From the NCBI GenBank assembly GCA_000091205.1, contig AP006496.2: DNA of 64,000 nucleotides; one strand, 5' to 3'. This DNA is from Cyanidioschyzon merolae (lineage: Eukaryota). Shown in pieces: positions 24,966-35,811 of the stretch (position 1 is the stretch's first letter; every line of letters begins with the position of its first letter). The translations under genes were made by a program, and so were the position numbers. The notes under the pieces are model-generated. The model did no database searches, was not told the origin of the DNA, and saw only the letters and a program-made list of their open reading frames with translations.

Positions 24966-25537
24966 TCTGTGCGGCAAGCCTGCTGAAAGGCATCGTCCAG
25001 CGCAAGTCCAAAGGCGGCGCAACAGCAGCATCTATCTGCACAACGGGAACGCACACCAGAAGTGCGACGAGAACAAGTCACGGGTTTGCATCCTGGCTGC
25101 AGCGGGAGCACCTGGAACGCACTCATGACACACACTCTCTCACCGACAGGGGCACGAGAACAAGTCGCAAGTTTGCACCCTGGCTGCAGCGGGAGCTCCT
25201 ACAACGCACTCGTGACACGCTCTCACACCGACAAGGGCACGCGCCTCAGTTTTGCGTTCGTGCTGCTGGAAGTGGATTGACTGGTGCACGATGACTGTCG
25301 ACATCGGGGCCGTCGCTGGCTGTCTCTGAGCGGACTCGGCAGCAGTGCCTCGTGTAGTGTTACCAGTATCGAAGTGCAAGAGCGGAAACCTCCAAACCTG
25401 AAAAACATGCGCGACGCCCGAACAGCCGAATGCGTCATGCTGCGGACCCACTGGAGCACGCACCGGGTTAGAAACGCTGCCCTGTGCACGCGCTCGCAAG
25501 GTTGCACTGCAGTAAAACCTTCGATGCGCTTTGCGAG

Positions 25538-27271
25538 CTAATTCGATGTCGGGACTGCTGCTCGCTGCGACTTCCACTGAATGAGCTCATCGACTCGCCT
25601 CCAGTTGGAGCGGGCGCAATCGTACTGAGCGTCGAGTTCGAGAGCGCGCGTGAACATCGCCTTGGCCTCTTGGGTGGCGTCCATCATGAGCAACAGGATG
25701 CCGAGATTGTTGTACACGAATGGTTGCTCACCGCCTGCCACAAGCGCTTGCTTGTAGCAACGAAGCGCTTCATTATGGTGCCCTCGCTGACGGTAAAGGG
25801 ATCCGAGATTGGTCCAAATTGCAGCGTACAGCGTCGGGCACCGCAATGCGCCCGCGTGCTGCAGCGCCTGCCACAGGGCATGGCAGCCCTCTTCTGGGCG
25901 CCCTGACAAACCGAGCACGATACCGACGTTGTTCAAGATTACGGGATTATCCTGATCGCGATCCCAGGCCTGCAGCAGCAGATCAACAGCGTCAGCGTAC
26001 TCGCCGATGTCTACCAGCAGCAGCGCCAGGCTAATCCAATTCGATGCATGGTCTGGGTGGCGCTCCAGTGCCAGGCTGTAATGACGAGCACTACTATCAG
26101 CGAGTCGAGAGTGTCCATGTTCATCGCCGCATTCGCTGCGAAGTCGAGCGCATAGACCCATAACGATTTGCGCTGCTTCCAGGAGCACAGTGCACCGGCT
26201 CACCCGTTCAGAAAGCAGCTTGAGGCTGGATGCCGCCCGTCGCAGACGGTCGACGTTTTCCGAATGCCGGAGCGCGTCTCTGGAGAGGTCTGCATACGCT
26301 GTTAGAATGCGTGCGAGCAGTGCAAATTCCGCCTGGAATTCATCAGGCGAGCTACTAACCGACACACAAGCAGCAGCATGCGCTAGCACGTGCTCGTTAC
26401 GGAGACTGTGCCAAAGCGCAAGACCGCCCCATGTGAAGGCCAGGAAAGGATACAGGGGCGATTCCGGTGATTCCGTCGACGCATGTGCGACCGACGAAAG
26501 CTGCGTCTCACAGACGGCCTCCAGCAGCGCGAACGAGGGCAGGCGGCTGTCAGCCTGGAGTTGCAGCCATTGTCGACGCTCGTGCTCATGTCTGGTGCGC
26601 GCGTGCGGCGACAGTGCCATGAGCTGCGCATAGTTGCCCAGCGCAGGTGCAGTGCATCCGCGTAGAATAGCCTGCTCAAAGCATGCTGCGGCAGTTAGAT
26701 AGTGTTCATCGCGGGTGAACGCCACGCCAAGGTTGTTCCAGTGGTCGGCATCGTCACAACCGCGCCCAACGATATCCTGCATCCGGTGGACGCGACTGGC
26801 TGCGTCTAGCTCTAGCCAGGCCTGGTCTTCCTCGACGTTACAGTCCCAGAATGAGGTACCACTCTTCCCGTCGAGTCGCGTTAGGCCCCGGGTGGTGATC
26901 CACAGCGCGTGAAGCACCCCAAAGTACAGCGAATGCTTGCGCCCTGCGGAGCCGAGGCGCTGCGCGGCCAGCTCAAGCCAACTCTGGGCGGCCTTCCGGT
27001 CACCAAGGCGTAAGTAGCATAGCCCGACGTGAAACGCAGCCGACGCCGAGCTGGGAAGCCGGCGTGCAACCAGACGAAGCTGGCTCACGAGAACGCTTCC
27101 AGCGGACCAGCCGGGAATCGTCGGTGGCTGTAGCACGCCAGAGGGTGTACCCGGCTGTTGGTGCAGTGGCGTCGAGTTTGGTAGCTCAAGTTCCGCCAGA
27201 ACACCCGAGAATCTCGGAAGAAAACGCTCTATGAAAATTCGATTCTCATCTGTGTCCTCAGAAGCGTCCAT
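25538..27271 (-). CDS. TPR-repeat protein (577 aa)
   Basis: Repeated TPR-like 34-residue helical units (W-LG-Y-A-F-P signatures such as 'ALRCYKQALVAGGEQPFVYNNLGILL', 'AAACFEQAI', 'AQSWLELAAQRL'). Confidence 0.6.
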   Translation of the reverse strand: MDASEDTDENRIFIERFLPRFSGVLAELELPNSTPLHQQPGTPSGVLQPPTIPGWSAGSVLVSQLRLVARRLPSSASAAFHVGLCYLRLGDRKAAQSWLELAAQRLGSAGRKHSLYFGVLHALWITTRGLTRLDGKSGTSFWDCNVEEDQAWLELDAASRVHRMQDIVGRGCDDADHWNNLGVAFTRDEHYLTAAACFEQAILRGCTAPALGNYAQLMALSPHARTRHEHERRQWLQLQADSRLPSFALLEAVCETQLSSVAHASTESPESPLYPFLAFTWGGLALWHSLRNEHVLAHAAACVSVSSSPDEFQAEFALLARILTAYADLSRDALRHSENVDRLRRAASSLKLLSERVSRCTVLLEAAQIVMGLCARLRSECGDEHGHSRLADSSARHYSLALERHPDHASNWISLALLLVDIGEYADAVDLLLQAWDRDQDNPVILNNVGIVLGLSGRPEEGCHALWQALQHAGALRCPTLYAAIWTNLGSLYRQRGHHNEALRCYKQALVAGGEQPFVYNNLGILLLMMDATQEAKAMFTRALELDAQYDCARSNWRRVDELIQWKSQRAAVPTSN

Positions 27272-28149
27272 CGGAACCGTTACGCCTCACTGGGGCCACA
27301 CTCCCTCGACGGCCTTGCCAGACAGTGTCGGTGTCGGTAGCGGTAGCGGTAGCGGTAGCGGGTACGCGAGTAGAAGCGAAAGCTTGGCCAGTGCGGCTGC
27401 AGCGCGCGCGCGCCCAAGCGCATACCTCGAGCGCGCAACACCAGTCGTGTTGCCTGCTGGAGTGCAGTCCGCGGATGGAGGCAGTGTTCCGGTGAGTCGG
27501 CAACGCTGCGGAGAGGCGAGGTACATTTCAGGTGAGTTGTGCTTCAGACACTAGGAGACGCTTGCGAAACGAGAACAGCGTTTGCTGGACGCTGGGGAAC
27601 GCGATCGAGGCGGTGAGCCTGCGGGTACCCGGCTTGCAGTAGACGCTAGACCAGTGCCAGGTGAAGATGGAACGCGAAACTATTCGGTCTCTTCCTGGTA
27701 TGAAGTTTTCTCCAAAGTTTTCGTTGGATATAATACGCCGAGATTCGACGTGGGAATGTAAATGGCTTTGGGATTTGTGAATGGTTTCAGGTTTCTCTGG
27801 TGTGTTTTCCAGAGTGACTCCAATGACGCTCTGCCGCTGGAACTCGTTCCATCACGGGAATCAAGAAGGTTCGCGATGCCCCCGAACAAGCACCCGGATC
27901 ACGACCAACACCCTGATCCATTGCACATGTGCAAGTCTCGACGCTTCTACTTTCGTTACGAGTCGCACGCTCAAATCACGTATTCTTGGGGGTTTCGACC
28001 TTCCTGTTTCAAGGCGATTCGCTGGTGCAGCATTGGGCGCTGCTGGTGTGGCGAGGCAAAACGATGAATGTCGCCTCGTGATGACTTGTTCACGAGCTCA
28101 TACGGAAAGAACGCGGAAGTTGTGACGTCAGATGATGAACTCTGATCGA

Positions 28150-28460
28150 AATATAAATCCTTGTTTCTTTCTTGCGGTCGACGAAATCGCACTCGACACT
28201 GGCAGCATGAAACTTATCACGGGACATGCTCCGAGAGGTTTCCTTCTATTCTGTTTGTATGCCAGAGCGTGCTGGACTCGGATTTCAGTCATCAGGGCGA
28301 TCGTTTCTTGCGGGGCGTATTTTACTGGTTTGCACAAAGGGAGCGTATACGGGTAGAATTTTTTCGGCTTCTTCAGCCTGGCTTTGCGTTCCATATCTGT
28401 TTCGTCATGGACAAGCTCACGTTATACAAAAATACCCATCGAATGGAACAGCGTGAGCGT
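28150..28460. repeat. Dispersed ~300-bp repeat, copy 2 (pairs with 1640-1935)
   Basis: See copy 1; the conserved DNA block 'gtgctggactcgga...atcg' is shared. Confidence 0.55.
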
Positions 28461-29689
28461 GCAGCGAATAGCGTCCACCCCGGCGAACATTGCCCAGAGA
28501 AGGCCTGTGACCGCAGGGTACGGCATCGGGCGCGGAAACGGAGAAAGGGCATCGAGAGGAGCCCTCTGTTCCCGTTATCAGCATGTATCGAGCGATGAGG
28601 CAAGCGTTCACGTGCCACAGAGCTGTGCCCTGACCAGGAGGTGCGATGGAAATTTGCAGACACCTGACCACAGCCAAGTACAACCGATGCGAATAACGCA
28701 CCCAGGCTGTCTACGAAGGAGATGCAGAAGGCGTGCGAAGCGCCGATCGAAACGAACGCCCCTGCATGAAACGCGAAGAAAAAACCGGAAGCTGCGATAG
28801 AATGACTTTAACGATAACATCAGCATCCTTCGACTGATAACACAACGGCGCCGGCGAGCCAGGAAACACCGGTGTGTTGAAAGCGCGCGATAGGCGTACT
28901 GGAACGGGAGCAAGCACCGAAAAAGCGCCCCAAACGCTTGTCTTCATGACATTCGTAAGAGACCAAAATCTTTAGTGTATGCACCCGAGTTCACAAAGTG
29001 ACCTGTTCCATCATGGTCTGACACGGGCGTGTCTCGATTCACGTGCCGAATGTGCAGTCAAAAGCGCTCCACAGAGATAGAACGGCTTCGCGATGCCTTC
29101 CCAGACCTCAGCTCGACGCGTGGAGAGAAGGCACACCAGCCGGGACTCCTTGTTGGCATGAGCGCCCACAGCTGGTTGGCCCAGGCCTGCGTGCAGCGGC
29201 GCCGAACGATTCCATGAAGGAACTCGTACACGACAGCGGCGCGGTACTGCTGGGCATCCCTTCACAGTCTGCAGGCGACTGCGTCGCGCTCACGCCCCGT
29301 GAGTGTCGCCACGCCACCCTGCACTGCGGTGATGCAATACGCATTCGCTCAGCCGACGTGTCTGGTCAGCATGGCTTTCCAACTAATTTTCTCCATTTCG
29401 CGTAGGCGATAGCAGGGACGCCCGCGCGACCTGAAGCCCTGAAAGACCGAAGCTTTAGCAGACGGCAGCATGTGCGAGCATCAGCGGAACGCATCACTCA
29501 AACTGTGCACCACACTCGCCGGGTATACCATGGGGTCGATGGAATGAAACCGGTTTGCGACCATGGTTCATAAATGTATCTACCCACGCGCAGACACCTC
29601 CCAGCCTTTTTCGACCAGCCTCCTGCTATCGATTTCAGCTTTTCCGTGTACACCTCGAGCATCGGAGGCTGACCCACAAAGTTGGTTCA

Positions 29690-30695
29690 TGCCAGCTCTG
29701 CGCGTCTCGTCTTCAGCACCGCACATCACCTGATATTGATCGCGGCATTGAAGTCTCGGCTCGCAAAATTCCTTGCTTTAATTGCGGCTGCGGGAACTCA
29801 CCAGTGTAAGGATTGCTAGAGCTCGTGCCCTCCGTGACATGTGCTGTTCTGGCAGCACACTGTACTTTACGATCGACAAAGCGCACTGCTGGCTTGTCTC
29901 CACCTAAACCGTCTGAAGTATGCGTCCGAGGTCGTCGCTTAATTTCTTGAAAACGAATACATTCCTTTAGAGGCTTCGGCGAGAACCATTCCGGAGGGGT
30001 AAGCGCTTGCGGAAGAGAAACGATATGTGCCACTGTATGGCGCCATGTGCGGAACGCTTCAGCGATTCGCCCAGTGGACCGATTATTACGTTTCACGGTA
30101 GAACGCACTCCTTGGATGAAGCTGAACCTCGTAGAGTACGCAGGAATGAAAAGCAGCTCTACTCCCCGGATAGAATCGGCAACAGCTCGAACGCAAGAGG
30201 AATGATCAAATACCACGCTGTCGGATAGGAGGTCGTCGCCAGACGTCAGGGAGGAGTCTCCAATGGTTCGGCAAAGTTGACGGTGCTGTTGTATGACGCT
30301 CTTCCACTTGAGAAACCGAGGTCGCCGAATGAATCCACCACGCCAAGAATAGATGGTGATGTCATCCTTCTCTCTGGGTTCGATTTCACATGCAACGGGC
30401 TCCCGGCTGCGCGACAACCCAGGTGCACTCCGACCGTTTCGTCCGAAGCAAGTCTCGTCAACTGAAACAGAAAAACCGATGTGCCTGTGCCTCATTCCGA
30501 TCCCAAAGTTCCAAGAATGTTGTAGCAGTTATGATGTCGGTGGAAGATGGCGGTGCTTGAACTTGGACTCTTTCCTTGAGACTGTATCGCGGTGTTTTCA
30601 GGGCCAAAATGAACAAGCTGTTGAGAGAAAGAGACGCCCCTGGAGACTGCCATCGTCGCTTTTTGCTCTTCGTAATGCGTCCAAAAGGTCGTTAT
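29690..30695 (-). mobile_element. TnpB/Fanzor-like element, copy D'
   Basis: 260-aa ORF, nearly identical to the 217-aa ORF of copy D over its first ~180 residues. Downstream on the same strand, 29703-29756 translates as 'ASRDFNAAINIR*CAVLK' (in-frame stop). Confidence 0.45.
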
Positions 30696-30929
30696 CCACG
30701 AATCGCCGCAAGCATGCACACGGCATATCGGTTATTGACGCATCGTGCATCTACCTGATTCTCTCAGCGTACCTGAACCATCAAAGTCCTCTTGTATGAC
30801 TGACCTCAACGAGGAATACATTCCTCTTTGCACTATTCCATATATAATCTAGCCCATAGGCAGTTCGTCTAAGATCTATAGAATACATTGCATCGCGATG
30901 TCGATCACCTGCTGCACACCACATCTTGA

Positions 30930-33476
30930 GTGAAATCAAAGAGAGTCGAAAGACTACGACAGGAAAGCGATTCGCTGGTGCACGGATCGCCGCCGCGCCG
31001 CCGCCGCCGCCGCATCGCCGCCGCCGCGGAAACGCTCCTGCGCATACCAGTGGCAGTGCTAGTCGCACTCGTGGCATCCGAGGAGGCGCTACAGTGTGGC
31101 AAGTGCCACGGTTGCAGGTCCTTGGGCCTGTTGGAACAGTGCACGCTACGAGTCATGGTGTTGGACGGCGCGGGACACGCCCTAAGCTTGGCTTTTGTAG
31201 GAGGAATTCCGACCTCGAAGAGACGCGCGGCAGTGCGCCCGGGGTCCCGTCCTCGAGGGTCACCGCCCTTCTGGAGTAACTTCCCGTGCACTTGGCGATG
31301 GGGGAGCGCGCGGATGCGCTTGGCGCCTCGGCAGCTTGGGCGTAGCTTTTTGCGCATGGAGGTTTCACCTGAGGTTCGCGAGCGAGTCCAGGCGCATGAG
31401 GTTTTCATGCCGGCGCTGAGCTCGACAATGACCGAGGGGAAAGTTGTTCAGTGGTTGAAGAAAGTCGGCGACCGCATCGAGAAGGGTGACGTAATCCTGG
31501 TAGTCGAGTCGGACAAGGCGGACATGGATGTCGAGGCATTCGACGAAGGCTATCTGGCGCATATACTAACAAAAGAGGGCGAAACAGCCGTCGTAGGGGC
31601 GACGATAGGCCTGATCGCCAAAAACGTTGAAGATATCGAAGCGATTCAGGCCTGTGGACTGGATTGCATTGTGGATGGCAGCGGGTCGCGGCACGATGGA
31701 ACAACGGCGGTGGAACCTGGCGATGCAGCACCTGCTCCGTCCACGCACCAGAGAGAGTCTGCTGCTGAGCGGTCCGCAGCCTTCGGGGGACGAGACGCCA
31801 TAGTGACTGCACCTGCAGCGGCCGCTCCACTGGTGCCGAAACCGGCCGGCACAGTTGAGGTCTTCTTGCCAGCGCTTAGTTCGACCATGACAGAAGGCAA
31901 GATCGTAGAATGGACCAAGAACATTGGCGATGAGGTGAAGAGCGGCGACGTCATCATGGTTGTCGAGTCGGACAAGGCAGACATGGACGTAGAATCTTTT
32001 GAGACAGGGTTTCTCGCGCACATTGAACTTGAAGCTGGCATCTCAGCACCGGTTGGTGCGGTTGCCGGATACCTTGCTCGCGACAAGGCATCAGTGCCTC
32101 TCGTGCAGGCCTGGGCAAAGAGCGCTGCTCGTGAGCTGGACCAGGCTCCGGGCGAGTCATCGGCCGCAGTGCGCTCTACAGCGCCCGGGTCCGAATCAGC
32201 GCCTGTGACGACACCAGAACATGTTGCTATATCGACGCCGACCCCGACGCCGACGAGCACAGAAATTCAGGAAGATGATCTGGCACCTGGCGGGGAATCC
32301 ATGACAGCTCCAACGGGGAGAGTCATTGCGTCGCCGTATGCCAAGCGGCTCGCGAAAGAGAACAAAATTGACCTGCGTACCCTGCGCGGAAGGGGTCCTG
32401 GCGGCCGCATATTGGCTGCTGATGTCCAAGCGGCCATGCTAGCCCGCTCTGCAGCACAGACGCCCTCGGTAGCCTCCGAGAAGCCACTGCAGGCTTCTGC
32501 AGTGAGTGGCCGCATGATAGCGACTCCTGGGGCGAAGAAGCTTGCCAAGTCACGGGGCGTAGATCTTGCCAAAGTTCGGGGCACTGGTCCATACGGCCGC
32601 ATCACTGAGGCCGACGTGAAGCGCGCCCTAGGTGAAGCGTCCAGCGACTCGCAAACAAGTGCACCAACGGCGTCCGCGGAAGCAGCGGTAACATCGGAGA
32701 GGCGCTCCACCGGGAGCGATGCGGGTGCAGAGACTGAGCGGAAAGCGCGGCGCGGAGCATCATCCGCTGATGCTGCACCAGCCACAGAGAAGGCGGCCTT
32801 GTCGGGACCTGTGCCAATGAGCACCATGCAGAAAGCCGTGGTGAACAACATGAATGCGTCACTGCAGGTGCCGGTGTTCCGTGTTTCGTACAGCATCACA
32901 ACAGATGCGGTGGACGCACTCCTGTCCAAACTCAAATCCAAAGGCGTTACCATGACGACGCTACTGGCTAAGGCGCTCGGGCTTACCTTGAGGAAGCATC
33001 CACTACTGAACGCACGGTTTGAAGAGCCGTACACCATCGTGTATCAACCGGGAGCGAATATCGCAGTGGCGGTTGCGCTGCCCGACGGCGGCCTGATTAC
33101 ACCCGTTTTGCGTGATTGCGCGGATACGGATATCTATGAACTGAGTCGCCGATGGCGGAGCCTTGTTCGCTTGGCGCTGGAGAAAAAGCTCAAACCAGAG
33201 GATTATCAGTCTGGAACGTTTTCGTTGAGCAATCTTGGCATGTTCGGCGTCAGTTCCTTCGATGCAATCTTGCCGAAAGGCACCGGCGCCATCCTTGCTG
33301 TAGCAGCGAGCCAGCCGCAGGTCCGACTCCAATCGAACGGGCTTATAGGTGTCTCGAAAGTCATGCAGGTCACGATTACCTGCGACCATCGCCATATCTA
33401 TGGTGCGCAAGCTGCGGAGTTCCTGCGTGATCTAGCAGACTTGCTCGAGAAGCGCGTCGAAGAGCTGCTCTTGTAG
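30930..33476 (+). CDS. Dihydrolipoamide acetyltransferase (PDH E2), plastid/cyanobacterial type with two lipoyl domains
   Basis: Two lipoyl domains ('FMPALSSTMTEGKVVQWLK...VVESDKADMDVEAF' and 'FLPALSSTMTEGKIVEWTK...VVESDKADMDVESF'). Two E3-binding domains ('IASPYAKRLAKENKIDLRTLRGRGPGGRI' and 'IATPGAKKLAKSRGVDLAKVRGTGPYGRI'). Catalytic 'ITCDHRHIYGAQAAEFL'. The true start is probably internal, after a ~150-aa targeting region. Confidence 0.9.
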   Translation: MKSKRVERLRQESDSLVHGSPPRRRRRRIAAAAETLLRIPVAVLVALVASEEALQCGKCHGCRSLGLLEQCTLRVMVLDGAGHALSLAFVGGIPTSKRRAAVRPGSRPRGSPPFWSNFPCTWRWGSARMRLAPRQLGRSFLRMEVSPEVRERVQAHEVFMPALSSTMTEGKVVQWLKKVGDRIEKGDVILVVESDKADMDVEAFDEGYLAHILTKEGETAVVGATIGLIAKNVEDIEAIQACGLDCIVDGSGSRHDGTTAVEPGDAAPAPSTHQRESAAERSAAFGGRDAIVTAPAAAAPLVPKPAGTVEVFLPALSSTMTEGKIVEWTKNIGDEVKSGDVIMVVESDKADMDVESFETGFLAHIELEAGISAPVGAVAGYLARDKASVPLVQAWAKSAARELDQAPGESSAAVRSTAPGSESAPVTTPEHVAISTPTPTPTSTEIQEDDLAPGGESMTAPTGRVIASPYAKRLAKENKIDLRTLRGRGPGGRILAADVQAAMLARSAAQTPSVASEKPLQASAVSGRMIATPGAKKLAKSRGVDLAKVRGTGPYGRITEADVKRALGEASSDSQTSAPTASAEAAVTSERRSTGSDAGAETERKARRGASSADAAPATEKAALSGPVPMSTMQKAVVNNMNASLQVPVFRVSYSITTDAVDALLSKLKSKGVTMTTLLAKALGLTLRKHPLLNARFEEPYTIVYQPGANIAVAVALPDGGLITPVLRDCADTDIYELSRRWRSLVRLALEKKLKPEDYQSGTFSLSNLGMFGVSSFDAILPKGTGAILAVAASQPQVRLQSNGLIGVSKVMQVTITCDHRHIYGAQAAEFLRDLADLLEKRVEELLL

Positions 33477-34489
33477 ACGCGTATGAGCTAGGTATGCTGA
33501 CGAGCATCATCGATTTGCGAAAAGCGCGTTCGATGGGTCACGGTGCACGCCAAAGCTATGCATTTGACACACCTGCGGTCGATGCAGACTCGAACGAGCA
33601 GCGAGCTCAGAGCACACGCCCTGCATGCTTACAGGCTGCAGCCTGAATGATGGACACTTGCTCTGCACCTGATTGCAGCATACGAGCGTCAATCAATACG
33701 CCACCATGACGCGTCCCGGAGACCTGTTCGACAATAAAACACACGGTCAACGAGGGCGATTGCTATAGACATGAACGTCGCTACGCCATGTGCGTGTGCG
33801 CTGCGGATAGCACCTGCTACGGGTCCTTCTCTTTCTCATGCTACAGCATCGATGGGTCCTACCAGCGTACCCCGGATGTACGAGCGCCTCCAGTGACCGG
33901 AAAAGAGCCCTCAGCTCTGCAATAGAAGCTTCTGAATGGAACCGCCTGCAACACGGTATTCGACTTGAGCCGCCTGTGTATAAGAGACCGGGTGTAGGCC
34001 CGGCGGCCCGGGCGGTAGCGAGCACCGCACCGCCTCTTCGCTCGTTATCCGATGCTGTTGCGTCGGGGAAGGATGCACGGGCGGGCGGACCAGTGTGAAC
34101 GGGACGGTGGCACTCGGCGGTCGTGTGCGGCACCGGGGACGCGCTCCGCCAGCCTCGAGATGCTGCGCGCTCACTGCCGGCAACGGCAACGTATAGGAGC
34201 TGGCGTATACCAGACACGACGCTCACGCGCGGACGCAGAGGAACATGGTGTAGTGGTGCCGGCTCGAGCGTCGGTGACCGTGCTCGACGCGGTTGTCGCC
34301 CAGACACTGGCGGTAGCGCATGGATGCAAAAATTCCTGACTCGCTGTTTACAACCCGGCAACTATTCTTCACCCACCCGCATCAATATGCGAAACGACTT
34401 TTGCTTGTCCATCATCAAACGATCATCTGTTATTAGAAAATTTGCTTTCCGCCTGGTCCCTCCACCGAAGTAAAGCATTTCCCAGAGCT

Positions 34490-35158
34490 TCAGTTCGGTT
34501 TGATCGCGTTAAAGTGCGCGAGCTGCTCGATGATACCCTGCTTTGTGAGCAACTGTTGATGGAAGAAGCCGCCGAAAGCGATCATGGCAAGCCTTCCGTT
34601 GCGCAGTTCACCGGCTTGCATACGCTTCCACTGAGCACTACCGACGGTGCCACCGAGTTTCAACGGGTCAAAGCCGAAGTAGCCCGGCTCACGGTTCCCG
34701 TTCACAGACTCGATAAGCGCCGGGAGTCCGACGATGAACTCCCACGCACAAACGAAGAGCAGAATTTGCTGCAGTGCCCCATTCTGAACGAACTGGTTGT
34801 GCAAGTCCGGTGAGAGCTGAAGCTTCGACTTTGCGTTGTAAAAATCGAACGTCCCAAACTCCTGCGCGATAACCCCGAGAACTGCGAGCATGGCAACCCG
34901 GCAGTGTTTGATTTCTGCCTCGCGCAGCCACTCGAGCGAAAACACTTCCGTGAAACCCAGCGGGTCGAAACAGCCTTCTCCACCGGGAAGCGACCCATCG
35001 AGCTTCGAGGGGCGTTTCAGAAACGGCATAGAGGGCATCGTCGCTCCCGACGGTGCCTGCATTCGCAGACCACGCGCCGGTACCCGAGTCACGCATGCAA
35101 CGCGGGTAACAGTACCTGTTTTCAGACCAATAGAAGAGAGCGCAGAAATGAAGGCCAT
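34490..35158 (-). CDS. Light-harvesting complex protein, fucoxanthin-chlorophyll a/c-binding (LHCF/FCP-like)
   Basis: 'CFDPLGF', 'EAEIKHCRVAMLAVLG', 'GYFGFDPLKL' and 'ELRNGRLAMIAFGG' define the three-helix Chl-binding fold of red-lineage LHCs. Start assigned to 'MAFISALSS' (hydrophobic presequence); the longer 436-aa track ORF reads through the upstream microsatellite. Confidence 0.85.
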   Translation of the reverse strand: MAFISALSSIGLKTGTVTRVACVTRVPARGLRMQAPSGATMPSMPFLKRPSKLDGSLPGGEGCFDPLGFTEVFSLEWLREAEIKHCRVAMLAVLGVIAQEFGTFDFYNAKSKLQLSPDLHNQFVQNGALQQILLFVCAWEFIVGLPALIESVNGNREPGYFGFDPLKLGGTVGSAQWKRMQAGELRNGRLAMIAFGGFFHQQLLTKQGIIEQLAHFNAIKPN

Positions 35159-35370
35159 GGTTTCGGAAGACGAGCGAACGGTACAGGCGAAGCGGGTACG
35201 GCGTAAAGACTCCAGGTCGCACGTCGCTGAGCACACCTCCAGACCTGCGACGTAAGAAATGCCCTGCTCCGCCAGCGACGCGAGCTGCGGCGAGCGCTCG
35301 CCAGACGTTCGAAACCCGCCCAGATCCGCTGCTGGCTGCTGTCGATGAGGGGGCGGCGGCAGCGAGCTCC

Positions 35371-35406
35371 GCAGCCGCACGCACGCACGCACGCGTAGCC
35401 TCTGCG

Positions 35407-35444
<38 letters not shown>
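35371..35444. repeat. Palindromic compound microsatellite (GCAC)n ... 13 bp ... (GTGC)n between the divergent LHC genes
   Basis: Direct read: 'gcacgcacgcacgcacgcg tagcctctgcggc gtgcgtgcgtgcgtgcgtgcgtgcgtgcgtgc'. The arms are reverse complements, so a hairpin or cruciform could form. Confidence 0.85.
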
Positions 35445-35811
35445 TCCGCGAGGGCCCCGAATACGCGCTCATCACAGGCGACCTGGAGATGACGCGCGAG
35501 CGCAGCCGCTGTGCGTGCGTGCGCTGAGCTCGGCATCATCGCCGATGCTGCCTGCTGCCTGGGAGCAGGCGCTGGAGCTGGCCTCCGAGGCGCTAGCGCC
35601 GCGAGGCGCACACAGGCACAGGTACGCACGCACACCCTGGGAGGACGCGGTGCGCCCTGGTGTGCATCGCGTCGCAGCGCTGATCGCGCAGCAGCGAGCG
35701 CACCGAGGGCTTCTTCCCCGAATCCGAGTTCCTCGCGGAACTGAGCGCCTGAGCGTTTGTGTATTGTTCGACCGCCTGGACGTCGTTCTTTTGAGCACAA
35801 TTAACATAACT

